Positions 10,500-21,236 of a DNA stretch of 64,000 nucleotides are shown one piece after another. The notes under the pieces are model-generated. The model searched no databases and had not been told where the DNA came from. It saw only the letters and a list, made by a program, of their open reading frames with translations. Each line of letters begins with the position of its first letter. Position 1 is the stretch's first letter. Position numbers and translations under genes: made by a program. The DNA comes from Alphaproteobacteria bacterium (GTDB taxonomy: Bacteria > Pseudomonadota > Alphaproteobacteria > UBA6615). Where the stretch lies: the NCBI GenBank assembly GCA_965261975.1, contig CBDHEC010000051.1, positions 96,001 through 160,000 on the forward strand. Direction: 5' to 3'.

Positions 10500-10985
10500 A
10501 TGAGATTTTGCCGCCAATCCCTCTTCGCCCTGTTAATGCTGTTCAGTTTCAGCGGTGTCGCATACGCCCAGGGCAACACGCAGGAGGACGAGGAGCTTTT
10601 CCACCCGCAGGTTGTGATCGGTTTGCAGGATGCAAAAAGCAATATGAGCGCCGAGGCCTATATCGGATGCTTCGTGACGGGACTTTTCGTGACCGACTTC
10701 GCAAAGCGCGCAAAATCGGGGGACGGCAGCAAAACATTGGGCGATTTGCTCGAGGAATTTGTCTGCGCCGAGTCCGAGATTGTTGGTGGGGAACGCTACT
10801 ACGTTTCGGGGACCTTGACCGTGAACGGCGAGACCGGGCCCATTGATTCTGAAGTCATCGAGGTACCCGATGGCAGCATTGGCGCGACACAGGGTGCCGA
10901 AACGAGCTGGGCACTCGGTCGGTTTTCGATCGCCGGCAACGAGATATTTCGCGACCGGCGTTTCAGGCCCGCTTTGAATCGTTGA
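10500..10985 (+). CDS. Hypothetical secreted protein
   Basis: AAGGAAG RBS, Sec-type signal peptide ending in AYA; no recognised motif. Confidence 0.6.
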   Translation: MRFCRQSLFALLMLFSFSGVAYAQGNTQEDEELFHPQVVIGLQDAKSNMSAEAYIGCFVTGLFVTDFAKRAKSGDGSKTLGDLLEEFVCAESEIVGGERYYVSGTLTVNGETGPIDSEVIEVPDGSIGATQGAETSWALGRFSIAGNEIFRDRRFRPALNR

Positions 10986-11152
10986 TCTTCTCGCCGACCG
11001 GGTGTCGTAAACCCTTACGTCGGTTTCGGAACCATCCGCAGGTCAGTTCCTTATATCTCTGGAATCTGGCTTACACCCGCCGGCGCAGTTATGCTCCGCA
11101 GCGAATTCTCAATTATGGGCTTTTGGCCCGCATCAGACGAAGGAATCAGGTC

Positions 11153-12889
11153 ATGGACGGCAACACACCCGGCGGCGAATGGGACAAATCGAAACTGCCG
11201 AGCCGACACGTCTCGGTCGGCAATACCTCAGCCCCGCATCGCGCGTTCTATTACGCGATGGGGATGACGCCCGAGGAAATCAGCCAGCCCTTCGTTGGTG
11301 TCGTGACCACCTGGAACGAGGCAGCACCCTGTAACATCGCCTTGTCGCGCCAGGCCCAGGCGGCCAAGGCAGGCGTGCGCGATGCCGGCGGCACGCCGCG
11401 CGAGTTCACCACCATCACCGTGACCGACGGCATCGCCATGGGCCACGACGGCATGCGCTCGTCGCTGGTCAGCCGCGAGGTGATTGCTGATTCGACCGAG
11501 TTGACCGTGCGCGGCCACTCCTACGATGCGCTCGTCGGGCTGGCGGGTTGCGATAAATCCTTGCCGGGCCTGATGATGGCGATGATCCGTCTGAACGTTC
11601 CGTCGGTGTTCATGTATGGCGGCTCGATCCTGCCGGGCAAGTTCAAGGGCAAGGATGTCACCATCATCGACGTGTTCGAGGGTGTCGGCGCGAACGCCGC
11701 CGGCTCCATGTCGGACGAGGACCTGCTCGAGCTTGAATGCGCGGCCTGTCCGTCTGCGGGCGCATGCGGAGGCCAGTTCACGGCCAACACCATGGCGTGC
11801 GTGTCGGAAGCCATCGGCCTGGCGCTGCCCCATTCCGCGGGAGCCCCGGCTGTCTACGAGACCCGGGACGAATATGCGGCCGCCAGCGGCAAGGCGGTGA
11901 TGGAGCTGATCAAGACCCAGCTACGCCCGCGAGATATCGTCACCCGCAAGGCGTTCGAGAATGCCGCGGCTGTCGTAGCGGCAACCGGCGGCTCGACCAA
12001 TGCCGGCCTGCATCTCCCGGCCATGGCCGCAGAGGCCGGCATCGATTTCGATCTGATGGATGTCTGCGAGATTTTCCGCAAGACGCCCTACATCGCCGAC
12101 CTCAAGCCCGGCGGGAAGTATGTCGCCAAGGACATGTTCGACGTCGGTGGCGTCGGCCTCGTCATCAAGGAATTGCTCAATGGCGGCTACATGCATGGTG
12201 ACTGCATGACGGTGACGGGCAAGACCCTGGCCGAGAACTACGCCGACGTGACACTCCCCGAGGGGCAGGACGTGGTGCGGCCGATCACCGACCCGATCTC
12301 GACCACTGGCGGTGTCGTCGGCCTGATGGGCAACCTTGCTCCCCAGGGTGCGATCGTGAAAATCGCCGGACTGGAGAAAATCCAGTTCACCGGTCCCGCA
12401 CGGGTGTTCGAGCGCGAGGAAGATTGTCTGCAGGCCGTGCTCAACCGTGAATATGAGGAAGGCGATGTGCTGGTCATTCGCAACGAGGGGCCGAAGGGCG
12501 GCCCGGGCATGCGCGAGATGTTGTCCACCACGGGGGCGCTCTACGGCCAGGGGATGGGCGACAAGGTGGCACTGATCACCGACGGTCGCTTCTCCGGTGG
12601 AACGCGCGGTTTCTGCATCGGCCATGTCGGCCCCGAGGCCGCGGTCGGCGGCCCGATCGGCCTGATCAAGGACGGCGACGTGATCTCTATCGACGCCGAC
12701 GCCGGGACCTTGAGCGTCGATCTTTCGGACGCCGAGCTGGAGGAGCGCCGGAAGAACTGGACACCGATCGAGACCAACTACCAGTCCGGCACCCTTTGGA
12801 AATACGCCCAGACGGTGGGGGATGCGCGTTACGGCGCGATCACACATCCGGGAGGCAAGGCCGAAACTCACGTGTATGCGGACCTTTAG
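11153..12889 (+). CDS. ilvD: Dihydroxy-acid dehydratase
   Basis: [54 protein letters not shown]. Confidence 0.95.
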   Translation: MDGNTPGGEWDKSKLPSRHVSVGNTSAPHRAFYYAMGMTPEEISQPFVGVVTTWNEAAPCNIALSRQAQAAKAGVRDAGGTPREFTTITVTDGIAMGHDGMRSSLVSREVIADSTELTVRGHSYDALVGLAGCDKSLPGLMMAMIRLNVPSVFMYGGSILPGKFKGKDVTIIDVFEGVGANAAGSMSDEDLLELECAACPSAGACGGQFTANTMACVSEAIGLALPHSAGAPAVYETRDEYAAASGKAVMELIKTQLRPRDIVTRKAFENAAAVVAATGGSTNAGLHLPAMAAEAGIDFDLMDVCEIFRKTPYIADLKPGGKYVAKDMFDVGGVGLVIKELLNGGYMHGDCMTVTGKTLAENYADVTLPEGQDVVRPITDPISTTGGVVGLMGNLAPQGAIVKIAGLEKIQFTGPARVFEREEDCLQAVLNREYEEGDVLVIRNEGPKGGPGMREMLSTTGALYGQGMGDKVALITDGRFSGGTRGFCIGHVGPEAAVGGPIGLIKDGDVISIDADAGTLSVDLSDAELEERRKNWTPIETNYQSGTLWKYAQTVGDARYGAITHPGGKAETHVYADL

Positions 12890-12925
12890 GTGCTAGGGTC
12901 ACTGCCGAAATAGCGGGAGCCTGTC

Positions 12926-13354
12926 ATGCTGCGACGTTTGTTCGAAGGTTTCATCATGCTGGTCGTCATCTGGGCGGTCCTGAACAAGGTCGATTCGGGA
13001 ATTGTATCGGTGGTGATCCTGGTCGGTGCCGTGTTTGCGCTGACGGCATGGCGCATCCACAAGGTCTGGCAGCGCTATCAGATGCACTTGTTTGTGCAGT
13101 CGCGCCCCCGTAACGAGCCCATCGCCGCCAATTCCGCCATCGAAAACGAGATGCTGGCATTGCGCTGCAAGCAACATGGTCGCGGGGTGGAACTCACCTT
13201 CTGGACCGGCTTCGTGATGGGCGGTGCGATGACCCTCGATGCGCCAAACCCGGCCCATGCGGGCGACATGTACGACCTCGACAGCATCGGCGGAGCTGAC
13301 AGCGGCGGGGATATCGGCGGCAGCATGGGTGGCGGTCTCGGCGGAGACATGTAG
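12926..13354 (+). CDS. Hypothetical membrane protein with Gly/Asp-rich C-terminal tail
   Basis: GGGAG RBS, two N-terminal hydrophobic segments, tail GGADSGGDIGGSMGGGLGGDM. Confidence 0.6.
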   Translation: MLRRLFEGFIMLVVIWAVLNKVDSGIVSVVILVGAVFALTAWRIHKVWQRYQMHLFVQSRPRNEPIAANSAIENEMLALRCKQHGRGVELTFWTGFVMGGAMTLDAPNPAHAGDMYDLDSIGGADSGGDIGGSMGGGLGGDM

Positions 13355-13365
13355 CCGGGCGTTGG

Positions 13366-13980
13366 GTGCTCAAGAGACTCCGAATCATCGCCTGTGTTCT
13401 TGCCTGGACTTGTCTGGGCCCGGGCACGGTGGTTGCGCAGTCCACATTGCCCGACTTGTCCGGCCTGGTTGTCGATGCGGCCGACCTGTTGGCACCCGAC
13501 GAAGAGACGCGCCTCAAGGCCTTGCTCGCACAATATGAGGTGGATACCGGCGGCCGGGTGATCGTCACGACGCTCACAACACTCGGGGGGCGGTCAATCG
13601 AAGCCTATGGCGCCGATCTTGCCCATCACTGGAACATCGCGAAGTATCCAAACTCGGCGATCCTGATCGTCGCCGAGGCCGAGCGCCGCGTGCGCATGGA
13701 GTTCGGCCCGCCGGTGCGGGGCACCATGATCGACGTGCGCTCCAGCCAGATGGTCCAGCGGGTGATCCTGCAGGCGTTCCGCGCCGGGCAGTTCGACATT
13801 GTCCTGGAGACCGGTCTGCGCGAATTGTTTGTGATGCTGGAAGAGGGGGTCGACCAGACATCTGACGAGGCCCGGCACCTGTCCGAGATCATCGTCGATA
13901 AGCGGGTGTTATTGCCCGTCGGCGCGCTGCTACTCGTTCTCGTCTTTTGCGGGTTGGGTCGCTGTCACGCGCGGGGTTAG
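13366..13980 (+). CDS. TPM domain (YgcG-like) protein
   Basis: Signal peptide, VVDAADLL, LGGRSIEAYG..LAHHWNI, ILIVAEAERRVRMEFG, FRAGQF, C-terminal TM segment. Confidence 0.75.
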   Translation: MLKRLRIIACVLAWTCLGPGTVVAQSTLPDLSGLVVDAADLLAPDEETRLKALLAQYEVDTGGRVIVTTLTTLGGRSIEAYGADLAHHWNIAKYPNSAILIVAEAERRVRMEFGPPVRGTMIDVRSSQMVQRVILQAFRAGQFDIVLETGLRELFVMLEEGVDQTSDEARHLSEIIVDKRVLLPVGALLLVLVFCGLGRCHARG

Positions 13981-13996
13981 TTCATGCCCTCAAGAG

Positions 13997-14070
13997 CGTC
14001 ATGCCCGGGCTTGGCCCGGGCATCTCGGCGAACTGCATCGGAGATGGCCCGGTTAAGCCCGGCCATGACG
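13997..14070. repeat. Alphaproteobacterial REP-like palindromic element
   Basis: CGTCATGCCCGGGCTTGGCCCGGGCATCTC...GAGATGGCCCGGTTAAGCCCGGCCATGACG: two inverted arms, each with an internal hairpin, between convergent genes. Confidence 0.8.
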
Positions 14071-14078
14071 GCAACGGC

Positions 14079-14402
14079 CTATTGAACGTTGGATTTCTTG
14101 TTCGGGACGATCCGCTGGACCTGGATTTTCTCGCGGAAAATCAGTTTGCCCACGCGCGGCGCGATCTCGCTCTGCCAGTGCGGGTCTTCATACACCGCCT
14201 TGTAGAGCCGCTCGCGTTCCTTCTCGGAGTTGAACCGGCGCATCCACACGAAAACGGAATCGTCCGTCTCGCCGTGCCAGGACCCGCAAATGACCATGCC
14301 CTTGCCGATCTGGAAGGGGGCAATCTCCTCGTCGAAGATCTTCAGCCATTCCTTCATCTTGTTGCGGCGGATCTTGTATTGCCGGAGTTCGAAAAATGCC
14401 AT
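14079..14402 (-). CDS. NIPSNAP family protein
   Basis: FFELRQYKI start, VFVWMRRF..EKERE pattern, about 105 aa, AGGAG RBS. Confidence 0.8.
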   Translation of the reverse strand: MAFFELRQYKIRRNKMKEWLKIFDEEIAPFQIGKGMVICGSWHGETDDSVFVWMRRFNSEKERERLYKAVYEDPHWQSEIAPRVGKLIFREKIQVQRIVPNKKSNVQ

Positions 14403-14484
14403 GGGGATACTCTCCTCGGAGGTTGGTTCTAAATCTGGGATTGCCGAAAACTATATCACCGTTTCGGCGCGGCTGTTTGCGCCG

Positions 14485-14874
14485 TCAGTTGAGCCCCAGC
14501 AATGGCATCCCTGCATAGAGCCTGATGAAGCTCGACACGAACAGGGTCAGGTAGAGCGGTGCCAGCACGCCGACGATGGTCGGCTCCATGATCCGGCGGA
14601 ACTGGGAGCGTGGTCGCGTGGTGTCGGTGATCTTGAAGGCGCAGTAGATCACCGGGTAGGTCATCAGGATCAGGACGATGAGGCCGACGTTGATCAGGAT
14701 GGCACGCACGATCAGCACGAAGGTTGACTGGGCCTCCGGCCAGGACAGCCATATGGCCACCCCGACGGCAAACAACCAGAATCCCACGCCATAGGTGATC
14801 AGCGATGCGCGGTAGCCGTGTCGACCGAGATACAGGTCGAGGAGAAACCGCAGGACATTGTTGGAAGGGTTCAT
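14485..14874 (-). CDS. Hypothetical membrane protein (about 3 TM)
   Basis: Three hydrophobic stretches; fills the gap between same-strand genes. Confidence 0.55.
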   Translation of the reverse strand: MNPSNNVLRFLLDLYLGRHGYRASLITYGVGFWLFAVGVAIWLSWPEAQSTFVLIVRAILINVGLIVLILMTYPVIYCAFKITDTTRPRSQFRRIMEPTIVGVLAPLYLTLFVSSFIRLYAGMPLLGLN

Positions 14875-14910
14875 CTGTATACGTTTCGAGACGGGAGAAC
14901 CCGGTGCGGC

Positions 14911-15975
14911 TCAGGCCGTGACATTGACGTTGTTGTCGCCGTCGGCCTTGAGCTTGCCGTAATGGGTGTAGGACCGCTTCATGTACCAGTCGAAATACTC
15001 CCAGTAGGTCATGGGTTCGTATTGCGGCGGGTTATCCGCGCTGACGCAGGTCGGCAGGGCGTTACCCGGCGTGTCGAAGCCAGGGTTCACGAAACAGGCG
15101 AAGGAATATCGGTCGTGGTCCGTTGGCGGCACCACTCGGTGGGGTGTCGCGCGGAATCGATTGTTGGTCCAGCGCTCGAAGAAGTAACCCATATTCACCA
15201 TCACCGCGCCGTCGGGCAGGTCCGGCCAGAACCAGGTTTCGCCATCGGAATCGAGGATCTGGATGCCTTCCTCCTTCGCCGGCGGCAGGTAGGTGTTGAA
15301 GCCCGTGTCGCAATGGGCATTCGAGCCCATCTCGCCGTCATCGAGATCATTCTTGGGCGGGTAGTGGGCGACCCTGAAATAGGTGTAGCTCTGCTCGAAA
15401 TACGGATTGAAGAAGTCGGCTTCGAGCTCAAGTGAACGCGCCCAGACCGGCAGCATGGATTTCCCCAGCTCGGTGATGCGCGCCATGTAGTTCTGGGCCG
15501 TGGCCTTGAAGCCCGGCACCATGTCGTCGGGTAGCCAAGGGCAGGCGCCGTAGAATTTCTTTCCCGCGATCACGTCGGGATGGTCGGCGGGATAATCCGT
15601 CGCCAGCACCAGGCACTCGACGGTGTTGAGTTTCTTGGAATCATGAAACTTCGAATGGGTCGTCAGGCCGCCGCGGGCCGGGACGTAGCCTTTCTGATCC
15701 TGGGTGACCTTGATCTGCATCTTAGTTTCGAGCGGCAGGTCGTGGAACTGCTTGGCCGCGTCATGCATGCCGTCGATCAGCTCGGGCTCGAGGCCGTGAT
15801 TGACGATGGCGACGAAACCCAGATTCTCCCAGACATCACGCCACTGGACAGCGATCTCTTCGATGGCGCCAGCGTCACCCAAGCGCGCCTTGCCCACATC
15901 GATGACGGGCAGCGCCTTGCGCGGGACGTCGCGCACGGATTTGGCGAATTCGGATTCGTTGTGGGCGAGTGACAT
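14911..15975 (-). CDS. Isopenicillin N synthase-family 2OG-Fe(II) dioxygenase
   Basis: LPVID, GFVAIVNHG, HCD iron motif, RWTNNRFRATPHRV, RYS motif. Confidence 0.88.
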   Translation of the reverse strand: MSLAHNESEFAKSVRDVPRKALPVIDVGKARLGDAGAIEEIAVQWRDVWENLGFVAIVNHGLEPELIDGMHDAAKQFHDLPLETKMQIKVTQDQKGYVPARGGLTTHSKFHDSKKLNTVECLVLATDYPADHPDVIAGKKFYGACPWLPDDMVPGFKATAQNYMARITELGKSMLPVWARSLELEADFFNPYFEQSYTYFRVAHYPPKNDLDDGEMGSNAHCDTGFNTYLPPAKEEGIQILDSDGETWFWPDLPDGAVMVNMGYFFERWTNNRFRATPHRVVPPTDHDRYSFACFVNPGFDTPGNALPTCVSADNPPQYEPMTYWEYFDWYMKRSYTHYGKLKADGDNNVNVTA

Positions 15976-16007
15976 TGGATCCCCCTGATTTCGTGCCGAC
16001 TATAGCG

Positions 16008-16796
16008 TCAGGCCGTCAACTCACACCAGACAGGCGTGTGGTCCGAGGCTTTCTCCTTGCCGCGCGGGCCCTTGTCGATCTCGCAGGCGGTCAGCCGGTC
16101 GGCGGCCTGGGGCGAGAGCAGCAGATGGTCGATGCGGATGCCGTTGTCTTTCTGCCAGGCGCCTTTCTGGTAATCCCAGAAGGAATAGACATGGGTCTCG
16201 TTGTGGAGCGTACGCCAGGCCTCGGTGTAACCGAGGTTGAGGATCGTGCGGAACTTGGCCCGGGTTTCGGGCTTGAACAGCGCATCGTCGGCCCAGGCGG
16301 CTGGATCGTAGCAATCGCCGTCGGCGGGGATGACGTTGTAGTCGCCGCCCAGAACCACCGGTTCTTCATCGTGGAGCAGCGTCTGGGCGCGTGCGGCCAG
16401 CCGGTCCATCCATTTGAGCTTGTAGGGATACTTGTCGGTGTCGACCGGATTGCCATTCGGCAGATAGATCGATGCGACGCGCACGCTGTCGTCGCCGGCT
16501 TCCACCCAGGCCTCCACATAGCGCGCCTGATCGTCGTCCTTGTCGCCGGCGAGGCCGGTGGTCACGTCGCTCAGGGGGTGTTTCGAGAGGATCGCCACGC
16601 CGTTGTAGCTCTTCTGGCCATGGACGGCGCAGTTGTAGCCGCGTTCCTCGATCTCCATGACCGGGAAGTTCTCGTCGACGGTCTTGATCTCCTGCAGCAG
16701 CGCGACGTCGGGCGCAGCCTCCTCGAGCCAGTCGAGGACGTTGGGCAGGCGCGCCTTGATCGAGTTGACGTTCCAGGTGGCTATTTTGAGGGACAT
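16008..16796 (-). CDS. xth: Exodeoxyribonuclease III
   Basis: KIATWNVNSIKAR, LQEIK, YNGVAI, GDYN, GIRIDHLL, SDHTPV. Confidence 0.95.
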   Translation of the reverse strand: MSLKIATWNVNSIKARLPNVLDWLEEAAPDVALLQEIKTVDENFPVMEIEERGYNCAVHGQKSYNGVAILSKHPLSDVTTGLAGDKDDDQARYVEAWVEAGDDSVRVASIYLPNGNPVDTDKYPYKLKWMDRLAARAQTLLHDEEPVVLGGDYNVIPADGDCYDPAAWADDALFKPETRAKFRTILNLGYTEAWRTLHNETHVYSFWDYQKGAWQKDNGIRIDHLLLSPQAADRLTACEIDKGPRGKEKASDHTPVWCELTA

Positions 16797-16855
16797 GGAC
16801 AGAACCGGTTAAGGAGATAGAGCACCAGTTTAGGGCCTGCCGCCGCGGATGCACA

Positions 16856-17704
16856 CTATTGGAGTGCCGCTTTTATGACTAAATCCGTGATCAGTTCGAT
16901 GACCAGCGCATCCTGCCCGCCGAAGCCGTGGGGATGCTTGCCCTGGCAGGCCTGAACGCCCGAGATTCCCGTATCCGCTGCCGGGCCTCCCGTGACGACG
17001 ACCATTTCTTCCGTGTTCCCGTTCGTTCGCGGAAGAATATCTCGCGCCTTGATCGGCGGAGTGCGGATGCACGCGTCGCTTTCATGGGCCACGACAAGGA
17101 TCGGTTGGTGAATATTACCAAGTGGCAGGTCGAACACCGTCTGGGCGACCCAAGCCTTGTGTCCGCCAACGCGCCCGGAGGTTACGGGTGAAAACAGGAT
17201 CACGCCCTTCGGGGCGAACATGCCGGTCAGAACCGATGCGGCATTCACCGCGGAGATCGTCCCACGGCTGGAGCCGACGACGAGGACAGGCAGTGGCGAG
17301 CGCCCGCGCAGATCCGCGATCATCGCGCCCAGATCGTCGGCATGGTCCGATGTCGTGCGAAACCCGCCGAGGCCATCGCGGCCATGATGATCGGAAGGCG
17401 CGTCGACGAGTGCGGTCGTGAAACCGGCGGCGCGGAGCCGGGCGACATTGCGGGTGAGGGTGTTGCCCTTGATTTGGCGCGCGCAACCATGTTCGTCGAG
17501 ATCGAGAAAGCCGCCACCGCCGGCGAGCAAGACGAGGGCGGCGATGGGCGCCGCGCTGTTGTCGGCCCGCCCGAAGCTGTAGGTCAGAGTTTCACCGTCG
17601 CGGATATCAACGGTGATGTTTTCGCCGCATGTTTCCTGAGCCGACACAGGGTGCCCCGTCAACGTGGCGACAAGAATTGCGAGAAACGTGACGGCGGTTT
17701 TCAT
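16856..17704 (-). CDS. Secreted alpha/beta-hydrolase fold protein
   Basis: Signal peptide, LLAGGGG oxyanion motif, GSSRG nucleophile elbow, D-x-C and HPHGF. Confidence 0.75.
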   Translation of the reverse strand: MKTAVTFLAILVATLTGHPVSAQETCGENITVDIRDGETLTYSFGRADNSAAPIAALVLLAGGGGFLDLDEHGCARQIKGNTLTRNVARLRAAGFTTALVDAPSDHHGRDGLGGFRTTSDHADDLGAMIADLRGRSPLPVLVVGSSRGTISAVNAASVLTGMFAPKGVILFSPVTSGRVGGHKAWVAQTVFDLPLGNIHQPILVVAHESDACIRTPPIKARDILPRTNGNTEEMVVVTGGPAADTGISGVQACQGKHPHGFGGQDALVIELITDLVIKAALQ

Positions 17705-17777
17705 CCGCGCACTATTTCACAATCGAATGCGAACGGAAAAGGCCGGGAAACCCGTCGTCTAAAGACGAAAAGGCCCG

Positions 17778-18155
17778 CTAGTAAACCGAGAAGGACGAGC
17801 CGCAGCCACAGGAGGACGTGGCGTTCGGGTTTTCCAGGGTGAAGTGGTTGCCGCCGAGGGATTCGATATAATTGAGCACGCTGCCGTCGATGAATTCCAG
17901 GGAGGCGTCGTCGACCACGACCTTCACGCCCTCGGTCTCGAAGGTCTTGTCGTCGTCCTTGACCTGGTCATCGAAATCGAAGCCGTAGGTGAAACCCGAG
18001 CAACCGCCGCCGTTCACCACGATGCGAAGCATCAGGTTTTCACGTGCTTCGGCCTCGAACAATCCCGTCAGCTGCGCAATGGCGCTTTCGCTCAGGCCAA
18101 CGCCTTTGGGGGCGGAGTCGGGTTGCAATGTGGTCGTGTCGCTCATGTCTGCCAT
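17778..18155 (-). CDS. erpA: Iron-sulfur cluster insertion protein ErpA (HesB/IscA family)
   Basis: GGGCSGFTY and NPNATSSCGCGSSF; divergent from dgt. Confidence 0.88.
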   Translation of the reverse strand: MADMSDTTTLQPDSAPKGVGLSESAIAQLTGLFEAEARENLMLRIVVNGGGCSGFTYGFDFDDQVKDDDKTFETEGVKVVVDDASLEFIDGSVLNYIESLGGNHFTLENPNATSSCGCGSSFSVY

Positions 18156-18175
18156 TTCAGCCTAACGATATCAGC

Positions 18176-18203
18176 TATTTAGTGATGTCACAGAGTTTGT
18201 CAA
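18176..18203 (-). promoter_or_regulatory. Putative sigma70 promoter for erpA
   Basis: Minus strand TTGACA-N16-TAAATA. Confidence 0.4.
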
Positions 18204-18245
18204 TTTTCCGTTGCATTCAAGGCGCGCACACGTAGTTTGCCGAAT

Positions 18246-19472
18246 ATGCCCGCAACACCCGCAGACCTGAGGCTGTCGCCCGCCGGACCCGAACAATTCG
18301 GGGCCGTCCTGGCGCCCTATGCTTGCGACCCGCTGGCCACACGCGGGCGCCTCCATGACGAGCCCGAGAGCGGCTATCGCAGCTGCTACCAGCGCGACCG
18401 GGATCGGATCATCCATTCCAGCGCATTCCGGCGTCTGAAACACAAGACCCAGGTCTTCGTCTATCACGAGGGCGACTATTACCGGACACGGCTCACCCAT
18501 TCGCTGGAAGTCGCGCAGATCGCCCGCACGGTGGCGCGCGCCCTGGGGCTCAACGAGGATCTGGCCGAGGCGCTGGCACTGGCCCATGATTTCGGTCACA
18601 CGCCGTTCGGACATGCCGGCGAAGACGCACTGGATACGGCGATGGCGCCGTTCGGTGGGTTCGATCACAACGCCCAGACTCTGCGCATCCTGACGAAGCT
18701 CGAGGAACGTTACCCGACCTTCGACGGGCTCAACCTGACCTGGGAGACCCTGGAGGGCGTGGTCAAACATAACGGGCCGCTGACCGGGCATTATGCCGAC
18801 AGCGACCGATCGATGCCTGCGGCGATCGAGGAATATGCCGCCGACCATGACCTTGAGCTCCACACATATGCGGGCGCGGAGGCACAGGTCGCCGCGATTT
18901 CGGACGATATCGCCTACAACAGCCACGATATCGACGATGGCTTGCGGGCGGGCTTGTTCGATCTGGCTGACATTGCGGACGTGCCGCTCGTGGGACCCGC
19001 CTTCAAAACGGTGATGGAAGAGCATGGCGATCTGGACCGGCCACGGCTGATTCACGCGGGAATAAGCCAGATCATCGGCACCATGGTGTCGGATGTTCTC
19101 GCCGAGACCCGTCGCCGCCTCGCGGATGCCGACCCGGGTTCGCCGGAAGAGGTCAGGGCGCTCGATCACGCGGTCGTCGCGTTTTCACCCGAGATCCAGC
19201 AATCCGACAGGGCGGTGAAATCCTATCTGTTGGAAAACATGTACCGGCATCACCGGGTAAACCGCATGACATCCAAGGCCCGGCGCGTCGTCGCAGAGAT
19301 GTTCGAGCTGCTCTTTCACGAACCGGAACTGCTGCCGACCGAATGGCGCGCACGGGCCGAGGCCAAGGACGAGGCGGGGCGCACGCGGATGATCGCCGAC
19401 TACATCGCCGGCATGACCGATCGCTATGCGCTTGAGCTGCATCGAAAATTGTTTGATCCGGAAGTTCTTTGA
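18246..19472 (+). CDS. dgt: Deoxyguanosinetriphosphate triphosphohydrolase
   Basis: [53 protein letters not shown]. Confidence 0.93.
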   Translation: MPATPADLRLSPAGPEQFGAVLAPYACDPLATRGRLHDEPESGYRSCYQRDRDRIIHSSAFRRLKHKTQVFVYHEGDYYRTRLTHSLEVAQIARTVARALGLNEDLAEALALAHDFGHTPFGHAGEDALDTAMAPFGGFDHNAQTLRILTKLEERYPTFDGLNLTWETLEGVVKHNGPLTGHYADSDRSMPAAIEEYAADHDLELHTYAGAEAQVAAISDDIAYNSHDIDDGLRAGLFDLADIADVPLVGPAFKTVMEEHGDLDRPRLIHAGISQIIGTMVSDVLAETRRRLADADPGSPEEVRALDHAVVAFSPEIQQSDRAVKSYLLENMYRHHRVNRMTSKARRVVAEMFELLFHEPELLPTEWRARAEAKDEAGRTRMIADYIAGMTDRYALELHRKLFDPEVL

Positions 19473-21229
19473 TGAATGTTTTCAGCGCCTTCAAGGCAAT
19501 CGTTGAATCAGAAATTGAATCTCTCGTGGCCGACGGCACCCTTCCCGAAGGAACCGACGGCGCGCGGGTGAGCGTCGATCCGCCGCGCGATGCGAGCCAT
19601 GGTGACCTGGCGACCAACGCGGCTATGGTGCTGGCCAAACCTGCGGGGCTCAAGCCACGCGATCTCGCCGAGACCCTGGCTGAACGGCTCCGCGGACAGG
19701 ATTCGGTCGAATCCGTGGACGTTGCGGGGCCCGGGTTCATCAATCTTCGTTTGAGCGATGCCTATTGGCAGGCGTTGCTGGTCGGCATCCTCGAGGCCGG
19801 CGAATCCTTCGGCGAAAGCGACCTGGGGCAGGGGAAGCCGGTCAATATCGAGTATGTTTCGGCAAACCCGACAGGCCCGCTGCATGTGGGACATGCCCGT
19901 GGCGCGGTGGTGGGCGACGTTCTGGCCTCGCTGCTCGCCAAGGCAGGATACTCAGTGACCCGCGAGTATTACATCAACGATGCGGGCTCCCAGGTGGATG
20001 TGCTCGCACGCTCGGCCTATCTGCGCTACCGCGAGGCGCTGGGCGACGATATTGGAGAGATTCCCGAGGGCTTGTATCCCGGGGACTATCTTGTGCCTGT
20101 CGGTCAGGCAATGGCCGCACGCGACGGTGACAAGTGGCAGGGCATTGACGAGAGCGCGTGGCTCCCGGCGTTCCGGGAATTCTCTGTCTCGGCGATGATG
20201 GATCTGATCCGCGACGACCTTGAGGTTCTGAACATCCGGCATGACGTGTTTTCATCCGAACGCGAACTCGTCGAAGCCGGCGGCGTGGATGCGGTGATGC
20301 AGACCCTCAACGATGCCGGTCTGATCTATGAGGGCGTACTGGAACCGCCCAAGGGTAAGCTGCCCGATGATTGGGAAGAACGGCCACAGACGCTATTCCG
20401 CGCCAGCGACTTCGGCGACGATACGGATCGGCCGCTCAGAAAGTCCGACGGATCCTGGACCTATTTCGCCAGTGACCTCGCTTATCACCAGGACAAGTAC
20501 CGCCGCGGTTTTCCCAACCTGATCGATGTCTGGGGTGCGGATCATGGCGGTTACGTCAAACGCGTGGGTGCCGGCGTGAACGCGCTGACCGACGGTGAAG
20601 CCGAAATCGACGTGAAGCTTTGCCAGATGGTGCGGCTGCTGGAAGACGGTGAGCCTGCGAAAATGTCCAAACGCTCGGGGAATTTCGTAACCCTGCGCGA
20701 TCTCGCCGATGCTGTCGGCAAGGACGTCATCCGCTTCATCATGCTGACGCGCAAGAACGATGCGCCGCTGGATTTCGACCTGGTCAAGGTGCGCGAGCAG
20801 AGCCGCGATAATCCGGTGTTCTATGTTCAATACGCCCACGCGCGGACTCATTCCGTGGCCCGGATGGCTGCCGAGGCGTTTCCCGATGCGGATTTCGGTG
20901 TCGAAGCGTTGCAGGCCGCTGACCTGGCTCGCTTGACCGACTCAGATGAGCTTGCGTTGATCAGGTTGCTGGCGGCATGGCCCCGCACCGTGGAAAGCGC
21001 GGCCGAGGCCCACGAACCGCACCGCCTGGCGTTTTATCTCTATGACCTTGCCGCGGCGTTTCATGCGCTGTGGAGCAAGGCCCGTGGAGAGCCGGGATTG
21101 CGGTTTGTCGTCGCCGACGATGTGGATGTCACACGTGCTCGCATGGCGCTGGTTCTCGCCGTTCGGGCGGTTGTGGCATCGGGATTGGCGGTCATGGGCG
21201 TGACCCCGGTCGACGAATTGCGCGAATGA
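19472..21229 (+). CDS. argS: Arginyl-tRNA synthetase
   Basis: [45 protein letters not shown]. Confidence 0.96.
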   Translation: MNVFSAFKAIVESEIESLVADGTLPEGTDGARVSVDPPRDASHGDLATNAAMVLAKPAGLKPRDLAETLAERLRGQDSVESVDVAGPGFINLRLSDAYWQALLVGILEAGESFGESDLGQGKPVNIEYVSANPTGPLHVGHARGAVVGDVLASLLAKAGYSVTREYYINDAGSQVDVLARSAYLRYREALGDDIGEIPEGLYPGDYLVPVGQAMAARDGDKWQGIDESAWLPAFREFSVSAMMDLIRDDLEVLNIRHDVFSSERELVEAGGVDAVMQTLNDAGLIYEGVLEPPKGKLPDDWEERPQTLFRASDFGDDTDRPLRKSDGSWTYFASDLAYHQDKYRRGFPNLIDVWGADHGGYVKRVGAGVNALTDGEAEIDVKLCQMVRLLEDGEPAKMSKRSGNFVTLRDLADAVGKDVIRFIMLTRKNDAPLDFDLVKVREQSRDNPVFYVQYAHARTHSVARMAAEAFPDADFGVEALQAADLARLTDSDELALIRLLAAWPRTVESAAEAHEPHRLAFYLYDLAAAFHALWSKARGEPGLRFVVADDVDVTRARMALVLAVRAVVASGLAVMGVTPVDELRE

Positions 21230-21236
21230 GGCATGA

